From: Perna viridis | Taxonomy: Eukaryota | NCBI GenBank assembly: GCA_037379345.1 | Contig: CM074516.1 | Coordinates: 34,633,626-34,697,625, forward strand | Reading direction: 5' to 3' | DNA length: 64,000 nucleotides | Shown: piece after piece, positions 40,582-53,499 of the stretch | How the letters are laid out: the number at the start of each line of letters is the position of its first letter | Position numbering within the stretch: the first letter of the stretch is position 1 | Program-made: the position numbers and the translations under genes | Notes under the pieces: model-generated | Seen by the model: only the letters and a program-made list of their open reading frames with translations | Databases searched by the model: none | What the model was told of the DNA's origin: nothing

Positions 40582-41700
40582 TTATGTGTTTGCTATATAT
40601 TTGGAAAACTGAATACGTCCTTGTCCAATTGGCACTTTTAGACCAAACACTAGACGTCCTAAATAGTCCCATGATAAACTGCAAGGTATACCATATACAC
40701 GGTTTATATCTTCAGTTCCTCTCATCAAAACTTTCAAGCATTGCCCAGAGTTATCTAAGATATGAACATCGCCTGTAATGTCATTAGCGCATATAATGTC
40801 ACCTTCTTCGGAGCACGTGACACAACTAGGTTTAAATGTTGTTTTCTTCACTGTTCCGCAATATCTTCTTTTCAGAAATCCCTCGGAGTTAAAAATTATT
40901 ATTGCACCATTTTCAGGACTATCAGCTCCCGCTACAATGATATCGTTGTTGTAATTATTGATTATCACTCTATGTGGAACTACAAACAAAATCCTCCCCA
41001 AATGATTAAATCCAGGAATTTCCATAACTACAGATCCATCCTTTTTTAGTTTTATTATCTTACTCGGGAAAGTTTGTTTATACCCATAATTCTTTATTAA
41101 CCCGACGTATATATAGTCACACACTACATGTATGCATGTAGGTTTCATCGGTTGGACATCTTTCACTAACATCTCATTGTACATTGAATCTATTGTTATG
41201 ACGGCAGCCCGGTGACGATTGGTATAAAATATTTGGTCGCTATCAAAATCGTAATGAAAATCATACATGTCAACCTCTGATAAACTATACTCTTTTACAG
41301 TTATTACTTTCCTTGACCTATTGAGGTCTACTTTTATCTTTCTCAGACCATTTGAACCGTTTGTGTCATTACAGTTATTCCCAATCCACATGGTATATTG
41401 GTCTACACAACATACAGATACAACGTAAGCAAACGGTACAGTGATACAAGTTGAATCTGCCTCCACTTTGATACAAGGTATTCGATTGTCTTGGTTTGTT
41501 TCCATGACGAGAGATTGTGCATTTTCGTTAACTTCGCTGCCATCGGTGGTATCCACTGTCTTTCTAAGTTTACTTTCTTTAAAATTTTCTTCTACGTGAT
41601 CTTTAAGTGTAGAACCTCTTTTGGTCGGCTTTAGCTTTGAACCACAAGAGACCGTCACATCTTTTTTGTTTCTCAAACTGTATTTCTTCCGTGTTTCCAT
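40582..41700 (-). CDS. TRIM-like NHL/6-bladed beta-propeller protein (372 aa from the first ATG), single large exon
   Basis: Open 1.1-kb frame with NHL-like blades (KPTCIHV, VPHRVIINNYNNDIIVAG, FKPSCVTCSEEGDIICAN..VHILDNSGQCLKVL, PCSLSWDYLGRLVFG). A splice acceptor tttttgacag lies 2 nt before the ATG, so upstream exons are possible. Confidence 0.8.
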   Translation of the reverse strand: METRKKYSLRNKKDVTVSCGSKLKPTKRGSTLKDHVEENFKESKLRKTVDTTDGSEVNENAQSLVMETNQDNRIPCIKVEADSTCITVPFAYVVSVCCVDQYTMWIGNNCNDTNGSNGLRKIKVDLNRSRKVITVKEYSLSEVDMYDFHYDFDSDQIFYTNRHRAAVITIDSMYNEMLVKDVQPMKPTCIHVVCDYIYVGLIKNYGYKQTFPSKIIKLKKDGSVVMEIPGFNHLGRILFVVPHRVIINNYNNDIIVAGADSPENGAIIIFNSEGFLKRRYCGTVKKTTFKPSCVTCSEEGDIICANDITGDVHILDNSGQCLKVLMRGTEDINRVYGIPCSLSWDYLGRLVFGLKVPIGQGRIQFSKYIANT

Positions 41701-41846
41701 TTCTGTCAAAAATATATATTTATGCTTCAGTATATTTATTTTTGTGTTTTAATTAAATCATAGTATGAATATAAAACGGTTTTGGAATTTATATTGATAA
41801 TTAAGGAAGCGTATTAGGGCCATCCTTTTTAATCTTTCTTTTCAAA

Positions 41847-42580
41847 ATGTCGACTTTAATCTTGGAATTATCAACCTTAATCTTGGAATTATCAACCTTA
41901 ATCTTGGAATTTCCAACTTTAATCTTGGAACTATCAACTTAAATCCTTGAATTATCAACATTAATCTTGGAATTTCCAATGAGCGTCGGACGAATGAGTA
42001 TCGGACCAATGAGCGTCGGACTTATGGCATTATCTCGGTTTCCAATACTTTATATTATACAAAGGTTTCCATCACTGGATAACTGAATATAATGACTATT
42101 CAACCATACCTTTGTATTCAAGGGTGGATCCAGGATTGTAAGGGGAGGTACAATTGACCGGGGGAGGAGATTATCCTTGACCTAAAACAGGAAGAATAGG
42201 CAAAAAATAATAAATCGACCGTAAAGATATTGATAACTTAATACATATTAAAATCTGCCATTGGGTACATCTGTTTTAAAAAGGAAATGAAGTATGATTG
42301 CCGGCATAACTTTTTTCGCGCTACTTTTCGTCGTGTAGAAATTGATGTGAAATATAGTTGTATCGTGACGAGTTTGAATTTTGCTCCGGTTTGATGGTGT
42401 TATGAATAACATCGACAGTCCGACACTCATAAGTCCGACGCTCATTTGTCAGACACTCATAAGTCCGACACTCATTGGTCCGACGCTCATTGATAATTCC
42501 GAGATTAATGTTGATAATTCCAAGATTAAAGTTGAAAATTCCAGGATTAAAGTTGATAATTCCAAAATCAAAGTTGACAT
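41847..42580. mobile_element. Foldback element with modular inverted arms (21-bp and 15-bp subrepeats)
   Basis: The left arm (TTAATCTTGGAATTATCAACC)n + (CCAATGAGCGTCGGA)n is the reverse complement of the right arm (TCCGACACTCATTGG)n + (GTTGATAATTCCAAGATTAAA)n. Confidence 0.85.
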
Positions 42581-43138
42581 AAAAAATCCTTTTGACTCAG
42601 TCTTTGAAAATTCACTCTATGTGTTGTTATTTTTGGTTAAATCAGAGTATGACTATAAAACGATTTTGGAATTCATTTTGACTATACATAATATAAAGAA
42701 TAATTCCTTTTGTTTGATTTTTTGAAAATTCACTCTACTTCTTGTTATTTTAATATTCCTTATATATAACGACTCTCTTCATACTTTGACGTTTACTTTA
42801 TGGATATAATACAATTAATTGTTGTAGACGTTATGATAAGTTGTGTTCTGTATCACAAATATCGCTTGTATAGTCCTGTAAGACATCATAGTTTTTAATT
42901 GGACGTTTATATGCGCAAGTTCGGTAGTCTTGTATTATCTCTGTTTATTTATTGAATTTGTTTTTGTTTTGTTTTTTATTGTTTTGTTTTTGTTTTTTGT
43001 TTTTTTGTCTTTGGATATCAGTTTTTATTTTTACTTAGCCGTGCTATTCTACCGCGCTGACAGAAAGGATTAGCAAATGTCGAGGATACAATCATAAAGC
43101 AAAACAGACGGGATCACCAACAGCCGATAAATAACAAC

Positions 43139-43331
43139 CAGGGGCGGATCCAGGATTTCAGTTTTTTTTGTTTTTTTTTTCTTTGGGTGGGGGGGGGGCG
43201 TTAATTGAATTAAATGCCATGCAAAGCAAGACAAGAAATATTATGAGGTGAAACTTGTGGTGAAAATTTTATCTTACCGATTTAGGGGGTGTGGTGTACG
43301 CCCGGCACGCCAGTCCTTGGATCCGCGCCTG
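43139..43331. mobile_element. hAT-like MITE
   Basis: CAGGGGCGGATCCA...TGGATCCGCGCCTG ends with a near 5-bp TSD (ACAAC/ACAAA). Related fragments lie at ~42119 and ~19630-19772. Confidence 0.75.
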
Positions 43332-43699
43332 ACAAAAGACCGTACTATACAAAGAAAAATGAAAAGCACGAACCCCAATATAATGGGGCAAACTCAATCG
43401 GAACTACTCGGCTATTTCCGCTACTAAAAAATAACAGATTTTCTTTTTTTGTAACTAGAACTGCTGAGGAGTTCCGAATAGGGCAAACTTGCTCATGTGC
43501 TCAGAAATAGGGAGTAGTCGCTTCTGACTGCTATATATACATCCCGATGTCCTGACCTCTATGATGTGATATAACTAAGCAATCCGCAAGACGTTTTTTT
43601 ACTGTAGAAAACGTATTTTTGAAATGAGACGAAGTCATTATAACGGTAATCAATTCGAATTTACCCTTTGACTTTAGAACCACTTGGTATTCGATAGTA

Positions 43700-43937
43700 G
43701 AAACCTATGCGCTCCGCCACAGGACGCTAAATTGTACGACCCTATCCATCCCTCCCTATTTCTAGTGACAATCAAAATTAGTCGACCCTATTATCTTTGC
43801 GTCGCATCCCATTTTTCATTTCATCGTGAACATCATTTCATGTTCAGTTTATCATCCATTTCATGTTCATCGTCAGAATATAGCTGAAATATTGCTGTTT
43901 GGACGTTAAAGCCCAACAATCAATCAATCAATCAAAT
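43700..43937 (+). mobile_element. SINE 3' remnant
   Basis: ATAGCTGAAATATTGCTGTTTGGACGTTAAA followed by a (CAAT)n tail, typical of mollusc SINE 3' ends. Confidence 0.55.
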
Positions 43938-44052
43938 ATAAATATATTCAACTTTGTCCTCTTACAGGTCATAACAGCCTGTTGTTTGTTTTCAGTGTCG
44001 TAAGGTTACAACATTCTTCTTTTCTAACATGTTTTGTTTATTTGTTTTGTTA

Positions 44053-44992
44053 TGTACCGGTCATTATTTATCTCCAGGGGTGGGCCGGCAAAAAAGTAGG
44101 GGGGGGTCAAAGAAAAAAATAGCAGTACTTGAAGGGGGTATGTATTTTTGATTATTTGATGAGGGGGGTCATGTTTTTTATAAAGACAAAATCATTTACA
44201 TATGTACTTGTGCAATATCTAGAATTTTATACACAATCTCCTGTGTAATAAAGCTGTTTATGTTTGGTTCAGTCATTGTCTCTAATTGTTTCATTTTTCA
44301 TCTCTGCATAGAAAATGACATTGCTTAAATTTTTACTTGGGGCCTTTCAGAGCTCACTACTAGATGGGGCCTTTCAGAGCTCACTACTAGATGAGGTTAT
44401 CCTCATGATGAAGGTCTTGTTGTGACCGCTGAAGGTATTAAATTTACCACTGGTTGTAATGGTGGTTTGCATTTGTTGCATTATACCATACCTGTTCTTT
44501 TTCAATTGCATGAAGTGTATGTGCACATAGCAAAACACAAAAAATATTATTTCTTTTTAAATGAATAAATAGTGTTTTTGTGTGAAAAATAATAAATATG
44601 AAAAGATCACAAAAAGGTAACACAACAGTTTACAACTCCTTTACACACAATTGTAAAAAAAATTGAATAAACTTTAAAAATTGAATATATCAAACATGTA
44701 TTTAAAAGTTCACAACATTTGAATTAAAGGTATGAAATGAACAAAAAACAAAAAAAAATAAAACTGAAAATCCACAAATACAAAAGTATTCAATAATGAA
44801 CTAACTTAAAGTACTGACCAAACTGGTAAATAATGGATTTCATAATCATAAAAATATACATTGAAATTCCAGTTAACAAAAATGCAGGGGGTTGAGAATT
44901 TTTTTAGTGTTTGGAAAAGGTGGGGTCAGTTTTTTTTTTCGGGATCATTTTTCAATTTGCCGCCCCCTGGAGATAATTAATGACTGGTTCCT
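44053..44992. mobile_element. Non-autonomous TIR DNA transposon, similar in style to 8997-11388
   Basis: ACCGGTCATTATTTATCTCCAGGGG is inverted to CCCCTGGAGATAATTAATGACTGGT. An internal ~27-bp duplication lies at 44339-44393. Confidence 0.75.
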
Positions 44993-45833
44993 TACATGTA
45001 TACTGAATGTATTTGACAAAAATGCGCTTTGAAGTTTCTTACGTCATCATGACAGGTCAAGGAGGCCATTTACTAGTACTTGCCACAATACAAGTAAATG
45101 AGCTTTTATTCTAAAGAATATACTAAAATACGAAAGAAATACACCTACCTATAGGCTACCAACACTCCTTGTTGCTACAACACACACGCTATATAAATAT
45201 CTAGCGTGTATTTAATACAATGTCTAAACGTAGCTATTGAAATATCACTATTTAAAATAATCCATTAAACATTTAATAATTCTGTATGTATGAGAAGTGC
45301 ATTTGGCCGGCAATTAACGCTCTGGTTTTTTAAATCTTTAAACTGGTAGGATTGAAGAAAGTTAGTTTGCCGCGTTGATATCTCACTCATAAATTGAAAG
45401 ACCGACTGGATTTTGAAAATAAACAGTAAAATTTCACCTAGTTGTATAAACCTTAACACTTCAGTTCACAGAAAAATTGCCTAAAATGAAGTATTGTTAT
45501 GGGCTAGGTATTTATATGCATTTGTCCCAACATGCACAATACGGCACAACAATATCTCTCGTCAGGATTTCGGATCTTACAGGCCGAATCAATTCAGTTG
45601 CACTTCGTTATGCACCACTTTAATTCTTTAGAGGCATTAAAATTTACTGCTATACGTACGTTCTTGAGTACTTCTTCAGTCCAACATCTTTGCAAACCCT
45701 TCATGGAAACTATTAGAAATTTGATAATCAGCTTCATTTCAATGGTTTGTATTGTGTGTACGCTTTTTACTCGCATGTCAACACAATGTTACTGGGAACG
45801 TTCTTGCGTTTTACAGCGTTATCGGAAATATGC

Positions 45834-45980
45834 CTGGCCTTAGTTTCATAAAAAAATCTCAAATTGAGGAGTTCCTCAAATAATTCCTCAACTGAAATTT
45901 CGACCAATCAGATTGCTTGAAATTGGATATTAATTTTGAGGAAAATCTCATATTGACATTTTTTATGATACCGGGCCCAG
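45834..45980. mobile_element. Small MITE (Harbinger-like ends)
   Basis: CTGGCCTTAGTTTCATAAAAAA..CTCAAATTGAG mirrors CTCATATTGACATTTTTTATGATACCGGGCCCAG. Confidence 0.6.
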
Positions 45981-48194
45981 GGCACATTCTCGCAAGAATA
46001 TTTCACAGAAAGTGACAATGTGTTAACAATACAAAGTCTATCCAATCTAGCCAGTCTAGCTTTCACAAACAGACCAATGTTAAATCTTTACTAAAGGCGA
46101 ATTCTAAATTTGCACACCAAATACAACGGGGAGTGTAGAAAAATACTGCATGATCATTTGTTGTTCCACATTGAAGCGAATTATGCCTAACTGTTACAGT
46201 GAATGGAAACTGTGTTTTTGTTTCAATTAGTCTCTCCAAATTAGAGGGCAAGCAAAGTAATGTTTTTATCAATATGTTGATTTTCCTTTAATATCAATTA
46301 AAGGTGGATAGTCAATGGCAAATGATATACATGGAAGATCTAATACCGGTAGTAACCACACGATGAAAGGTGTTGTAGATTACCACAATGTTAAACCCCT
46401 AACGCAGGTTTTACGGTCGGATTCTTGGTTTTTCTATCACCGGTATTTGTTAATTTACGATAATTTCTTTAGAAAAAACGTGGATAGCGTAAGGAAATAC
46501 TTTGGTATGAACGACAGTTTTGTTTATCTAAATAGTAATATGAGTATTCTTTATTGAACAAAACGCGCATAATATATGGGTATTTTTAACGCTTCAAATT
46601 AATGTTACTTAATTTTAGCATGGTACCTTTGCAACCGTCGTTGCAAGAGATGTTGCAAATATAAGAGCATCTATGAGAAATTTAAGAACTCTGCAGAGTT
46701 AATCATGAATAAAAAGTTCCCAATATGCATTTGAAATTTATGACAGACCATTTTGGTGTGAAAAAATTTTTTTTTAAAAATGAGACTAATTTCGCTTTAT
46801 TTACGCTTGCATCTCATGAATCATTGAGAAAACGGTACACTTTTACCTCTATATTCAAGCAACCACTTAGAGGTTGACCATTTTAGCACTGAATGCGCAT
46901 ATTGCTATGTAGATTAACCAAACTGTCATTCATTTATATCGGAGTAATTTACTGAAGCTACCCACTTATGACTGTAAATTAACAAACGATGGTGTCGGCG
47001 TTAGAAGGAAAAAATGTGAATCCGGCGTTGAAAGCGTAAAAACTGGGTTAGGGTGATTACATACGTTCTTCGTTTGTGTTATCGCTTTCATAGAATTCAG
47101 ATTTAAAAATTTTGAAACAATTCCAGATACCTATTAGTGTCGTTGTTACAGGTGCTTGCATATCGATGACCAGTTGGGAAAATTCATTGTCGTAAAGTTG
47201 ACGATTACGAATCATTTTACCTACTTGTGTTTCCAATTTGAACGATTCATAATTTTTCAAATGTTCAGTACTCTATTTTGTTTGTGTATTTGTATAAATT
47301 TTCTCATATTAGAAAATTTGGAACTGTGGTCTGGTTTTCTGCACTGACAGCTATAAAGTATCTTAATTTCAGTACAACTGCTTACAATTTCAAGACAAAA
47401 ACTAAGTTTCCATAGTTTAATGAATCATTGAATGATATGGTGCCTTTTTTAATTTTTAATATGAAAATTTTCGACTGAAGCGAGATATTTGACTTTTACG
47501 TTTACGTTGATAATGCTTCTCCACCTCACTTACTTGGAACCAATTGCTGACATCCCTTTCAAGATTATGAAACACGCTATGCTTGCATATTACCGAAAAA
47601 CATATTCAACACATACTGATCTGCAAATGAAGCCCAAAATGTAATGATGGAATAAATAAAAGCTTGTGATAAGCAACTATAATCACATGGTAAAAGTATC
47701 AACTTATCGTTCGTCAAATGCTTTACAACAATATTGCTCGATGCATTACTATTCTTTCAGATGTTTTGTTGCTGATATAGAAAGTTAACATTAAAAATCA
47801 TATTATTGAAAAGAACCAGAACATTGTTTTAGATGCCAATTTCTTGCTCTAATGACAATACTCATGGCTTTACTGTACTTTTCGAATATTTCACTTTCTA
47901 TTTAACTGCAATGATCCTTCAAACAGAAATAGCTTAACTGCATGAGTAGAATTTTTGCATTTCAAAACTTGACATTAATCCGTTCTATCCACTTTCGGTA
48001 TATCTACAGAAGACGATGAAACTCTGCAAGAATCCATTAAACAGCGCTTCATAGCTAGATCTGCAAAAAAAAAAAAATACTACCATGCTTCTTTTGAAAC
48101 TATCCAGCTTTCAAAGAGGGTCCTCATCTTACAATGACACTTGATACTCTCGTAGTGGTATCAGTTCAGTGTGAAATTCGATAGGTCCTCTAGA

Positions 48195-49530
48195 AAAAGT
48201 AATAATGGGAATCAAGATTTTAGCGGAACTAAAAAAATGTGATCCAGGGACAAAGACTAGACATGAAAAACAGACATACACAACAAAGAACATAAAGTAA
48301 GTAAAATAATACATACAAAGTAAAAAAAAAGTAAATGAGCAACTCGGACTCCACTAAAAACTGGGAGCATGCACCGGTGAGGAAAAATCCTGTATGCTAT
48401 ATTAGTATCGATATGCAATTACATATCAAGATCTATGATTTTTCAACCATTTATTTCGACTCAAAAGGCACACATTGTTGGTATTCTACAAATGGCGGAA
48501 CACCTAGATACAAATACCGGTACTTAGTACTTGATATTCTCCAAATTCTCCATACTTTGTAAAATAATAGAATCATTTTTCTAAATCTATCAAAGAAACT
48601 GTCATCTAAATGTTTCAATTTTAGATCGACGCTAAATTCTCAGCGATGTAGACGTGTTTTTCAACAAACGATTATAATTCCAATGGAACAGATTGTACTA
48701 CTTGTTGAATTATTCTTTCGCTCCTATGAGGCTGACTTTATAGCTGATCTTTTCCTAATTAGGAAAATTTGCAAGCAAAATTAGGAACATCGTTTTGCCA
48801 GTACGGGTAAAGAGATCCCTTTGCATTGATCTTAGTTTCCACTTATTAGATGACGATTTCTCTGTAATTAGCCCTGGTCTCTGAGATATCATCCATTGGA
48901 TTTCCTCTAAAGAACTTGAGATAAAGGAAATTGCAGTCAACATATATTGACCTCTTGTAGATGGAAAGAATGGATAAAATCATTACCAAACTATATGACA
49001 AACGCAATGACTGCTCATTCCGAATCGTCAACTTTCTTTTCATCTGTGGCAATATCCTTCAATACCTACGTATGAATCTGGAGGTTCCATACTCATACAT
49101 TATGCAAGAGCATGCTGAAACCATGATGCGGGTTTTTTTGGAACGTGATAAACTTCTTACAATGGCTTCTGTGACAGGATTGTGTTACTACAAGGTTTAA
49201 ATCATTACTACAAAAGTTTTATGGTCGTCATCATGAACTCGTAGATTGCTATGGTGTATCCATTGGCCCATGAGAATCGTTTTTCTCACAATGACGTGAC
49301 ATTTAATAAGCAACTCGGCAGGTGTTTTCCGGATAATCAGAGAATGCTTTCCATACCCTGTACCTGGTCTATGCTCTGCATTTTTTTAGAGTCCGGGTTG
49401 CTCATTTATTTGTGTGTCTTCGTGCATGTTTTCGTTTGGTTATTTCATGTTCTTTGTTGTGTACATGTGTTTATTTCCCTAGTCAAATACTGGGATTATA
49501 GTTTTTTTTCAATTACCATTCAAATCCCTT
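48195..49530 (+). mobile_element. Decayed Penelope-like element (RT remnant ~48395-49250 plus 3' UTR) preceded by an inverted copy of the 3' UTR (48195-48382)
   Basis: Remnants FQQTI.IPM, SYEADFIADL, KELEIKE, TKLYDKRNDCSFRIVNFLFICGNI and SLQKFYGRHHEL. The segment 48195-48382 is the reverse complement of the UTR seen at 4870-5050. Confidence 0.8.
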
Positions 49531-50679
49531 GACAAAGCTCAGCACCCTATTTTATGAGGAAAACATAAGCAGTTATCATGTAGAAATGTAGAAGTTAATT
49601 TCAAGCTTTCTGTCTCTACTTGTTCGCCTCATTATAGCTAGTTATGTTTTTTCGGATTTTTTTTTCGTTACTGATGTATTGTGTTGTAGTTGCGTGTTTC
49701 CAGTAATAGTCTAACTCTATAGAAATATCTCTAATTTGAAACAAAATCAACCCTAAAATGTACTTGCTATTTAACAGTCTATCCCAAGCCACAAGAGTTT
49801 TATCATTAAACGGCTTTTAACAATTCAGTTCTAAAATAGCCACAATAATTGCGTTGCCAACATAGTTGAAATTTCTTGAATGCTTATTTTCATATATTTC
49901 AAGTTATTTGTTTTAAATTTTAGAAATAGTATCGACACATATTCGATGAAAGCATGATTCAACAGATAGGCCAATTATTAAAGCAACATCCATCTTTACA
50001 GATCCGGTAGACACAGAACACTTTCCAACTTTCATAAAAAATTGTTGTCACTGAAGATAAAGTACCACATTAATTCGTCTTTATCTATAAGACGCATTAC
50101 TTTAACTGTGAATTTCAAGTACACAAAGCAATCCCACTTAAAACACTTTCGAGGGAAAAAAATCATACGCAATAACAAAACGAACTCCTCCTTTTTTGGC
50201 ATTTCCTAGAAAGACGAAGGTTGAAACAACAATATTCATTAATCTTCTTTTTATAATTCTATCCCACACACACAGGTAAAAGAAACACTAATTCTTTTTT
50301 GGAATTCATCGCTGCTGTTTATTTTTAGCAACCGACTTGAAAGGCAGGTATACGCACCTTGGTCTACACCACAACAAATCTTTTCTTCATACAACGTCAT
50401 CCGGATGGGTATCAATGGTACACCTTTATAATCAAATCTCTTATGAGGCATACTCTTTATTTCAACTTCTGCTATAGGGGATTTTCAATCACTAAAATAT
50501 TCTAGATATAGTGACTAGTAACTTCACTCTATTTATCAAGAGAGCTTGAAATAATGGACATTGCAAACACATTGAAGTCAGCCCTTTATCTTTACCATAA
50601 TCTCGACCTTGATGAATAAAACTTTCCACTACACAAAATGACAAACGATATGATTTTTATTCCCTAATTGTCATCTATG

Positions 50680-51740
50680 CAACAGACAAATGTGGAACAA
50701 CATCAGCAGAAAAAGAAATTTGGTACAGAAAGAAGTGTGGCCAATGGAGGAAGATGCTATAATAGTGAATGCAGTCGGAATGAAGAAACAGGGAAGCTGG
50801 CTAAATTGGGATGGTGCAAGACATGTAAAGTTAGGATGGAACGATATATGGAAGAAGGAACCATCTAGACTGCAGTTTTAGCTGAAATCAGTGTATGACG
50901 TCCTTTCAAGTCCTACAAACTTTGCAACTTGGGGGATTGACAGAAGATCCGAAGTGTGTAGTATGTGGAAAGCCATCAAATTTAAAACCCTTTCTATCAA
51001 CATGCTCAGAGTCATTGAAAGATGGAAGATACACCTGGAGACACGACTAAGAACTTGCAGTGTTGTCTGTCACCTTAGATAGAAATGTAAAAAAGCCGAG
51101 GAAAACCAAAGAAAGCTTGAAATTTGTCAACTTTGTGAAGGAAGGGAAGACAGGATACAGAGCGGGTGTTAAAGGAATGGTCTATTAGGGACAGCAACAG
51201 ATTGGCAGATGAGGGTAGACATTAGATAGAGAATGGCGTTTCTAATAGAAATAGCAGTTACAAACAAGAGGCCTTATATTTTCATTTGGTCGGTGACAAC
51301 AAAGCAGGCAATGCGTCTAGGACTTACTGTGCCATGGGAAGACAAAATTGAAGATGCATATGAGAGGGAGAACCTCAAGTACCAGGAGCTGATGAAGGAC
51401 TGTCAACAGAATGGATGGAAGATCTGGTTCTTTGCTGTAGAATTGGGATGCAGAGGTTTTGTTGGACAATTATGTGGAGATCATTAAGAACCATGGGGAT
51501 TATTGGAACAGTCAGAATTGATAGGATGTCCGTGTAGAGACAGAGACAGCATCTATGTGGATGTGGAGAAGGAAGGCAGACAAATGAAAGACCAGTTATT
51601 GAGATGAAGAACCAAGTGGTTCCGGGCTGAGACTTGATCACCCCAATCGGCGCACCTCAAAAGGTTGTAATGGACAGCGCCGAACTGGCCGAGGAAGAAT
51701 GATCCACCTGAAGACGGAGCCACTCGTCATTCAACCAAGA
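50680..51740 (+). mobile_element. Non-LTR retrotransposon remnant, R2 superfamily (Hero-like), zinc-knuckle plus restriction-like endonuclease region
   Basis: Frameshifted QGSWLNW..LGWNDIWKKEPSRLQF.LKSVYDVLSSPTN, DGRYTWRHD and KRP.IFIWS..LTVPWEDKIEDAYER..KYQELMKDCQQNGWKIWFFAVELGCRGFVG. Confidence 0.85.
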
Positions 51741-52028
51741 TGTATACTGGTAATATTTGCATATGTAGTTACATTCTGTTCCTTTATCGTAACTGTGGAG
51801 GTTTTTTTTTTCCTTTTCACTCGTAGCATTGCTAGAAGTTGTGAATATTATACAGATTTTCTTGTTTTGATAACTCTCAGCGGCTTTGACGGAACAAGGT
51901 TATGTTGCCTATAGATTAAGATCGTCACCCCGGAAATGTCTATGGCCAACAGCATGACTTTAAATGATATGGAGCGTCCGTGTCCAGTATGAACAATGAC
52001 ATCCATCTGTCAAAGACATTATTTCAAC

Positions 52029-52200
52029 GAGCAGCATCCTTATCCTGCCAGAGCACCTGAATTCACCACAGAGTTTTAGTGTGGCTGATGCTTTTTTTTT
52101 CTGTAAGTTCTCATTTCGTTTCTGTTGTGTCACTGTATTTCTTCTTTCTTCGAAATCCCGACATTTTTTGCCATAAATTTCTTGTCGTGTAATCCTCTAC
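52029..52200 (+). mobile_element. Solo 3'-terminal Penelope-like fragment
   Basis: GAGCAGCATCCTTATCCTGCCAGAGCACCTGAATTCACC plus a hairpin, homologous to 11746. Confidence 0.6.
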
Positions 52201-53499
52201 TATGTTGATTTTCCATTATAAGGACTCAAAATTGCAGCATGTCACCGGTTTACATCATCTTACTTCAAATTTGATAATCACTAATACTTATAATTACTTG
52301 TTAAATTTTTTTTTATGTAAGACGTTCTTTCTTTTGTAAATCACATAGCTTTTATTGTTCGTGTATTAATTTTGAACATTTTATAGTATCTTAATCTGTC
52401 AGTTTTCCTTTTTGTTGTTGTTGTTGAAATTTTCAACATTTTCATAAAACGATTTATATACTTTGTTCACATTGAAGTTGTGTTAAAACATTTTCATGTA
52501 GAGAAAATAGATACTTTTTTCTCACTTATCACAATTCCATCAAATTCAATTAGTTTTCCCCTGTGTTTAATTCGAAAAGAGCACATTTTCCACAAAAAAA
52601 AATGAAAGGAAAAAAAATAATTAAAAGCAACCGACAATGACATGATGGAGTATCGTTAGCATTTATTAAATGTTACCATGATATGATTTTCCAACTACAG
52701 GTCATAAGGGACATTGGCAAAAACATTGCAAATGAAAAGCTAAATCAATTACCTTTTTTTTGCCATCTGTTTACTTTCATTAAAACACCCTGGATATAAT
52801 CCATTGATGCAACTGTGTATACAAATAGACTATCATTCATTACTGAATTTCGCCATTATATAACCAGACATGGTCTGATTTTTTTTACTTCCCATTATAG
52901 AAAAAAATTGAAAATTTGAAGCAATAAAAATTTCAATTGTAAACAAAGGTGTTCTTTCCGTACCATGATTCAGTTCCATGATTACGAAATATATTTTTAG
53001 CTTGATATTGTGGTAAAGAAGCAAGGTGAAATAATGGACAAATATATAATAATCTGTAACGATACTCATAATTCAAAGTATTTCCAAGTATAAATACGAG
53101 GTCAGAATAGTAGACTAATATAACTATGCTATAGATACGATCCGAAGAACAGAAAACTAATTTTTATGAGCGGTTCTCTAATTGAATCGTTTACATCATA
53201 TCTAAGGATATAAAAAAAAAGTTATGGAAGAAAACAAATGCCCAGTGTAATGACGTAGACACGTCATACTGACTGATGATGTGTTTACAACAATGACCAA
53301 TGATCGTTTCATTGATGACATTACTATTGTCTTAAATGTTCTTTCCCTTTAACTGGTCATGACCGTCAACAAGCAGTACGGCATGACGTGCATTTCATGT
53401 TTTTTTGCTAGTGAAAAAAATGACATTATTACCGAACTGATAAAATCTAGACAATATTTAGTCTAAAGGAATATTCAAAATGAAAAGTCATTATATCAA

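Noticed and set aside
42381-42725. 114-aa repetitive ORF (SPTLI/VDNSKIK)
   Set aside because: Translation of the foldback element's tandem subrepeats.
47057-48062. Possible minus-strand exon or pseudogene upstream of the NHL exon (acceptor-like site at 48061, phase-compatible GTATGT donor near 47068)
   Set aside because: Multiple stops in the frames I read and no recognisable domain. It cannot be supported without a homology search.
50251-50451. 66-aa minus-strand ORF next to the Hero-like remnant
   Set aside because: No splice or motif support. It may be pseudogene debris but is unidentifiable.
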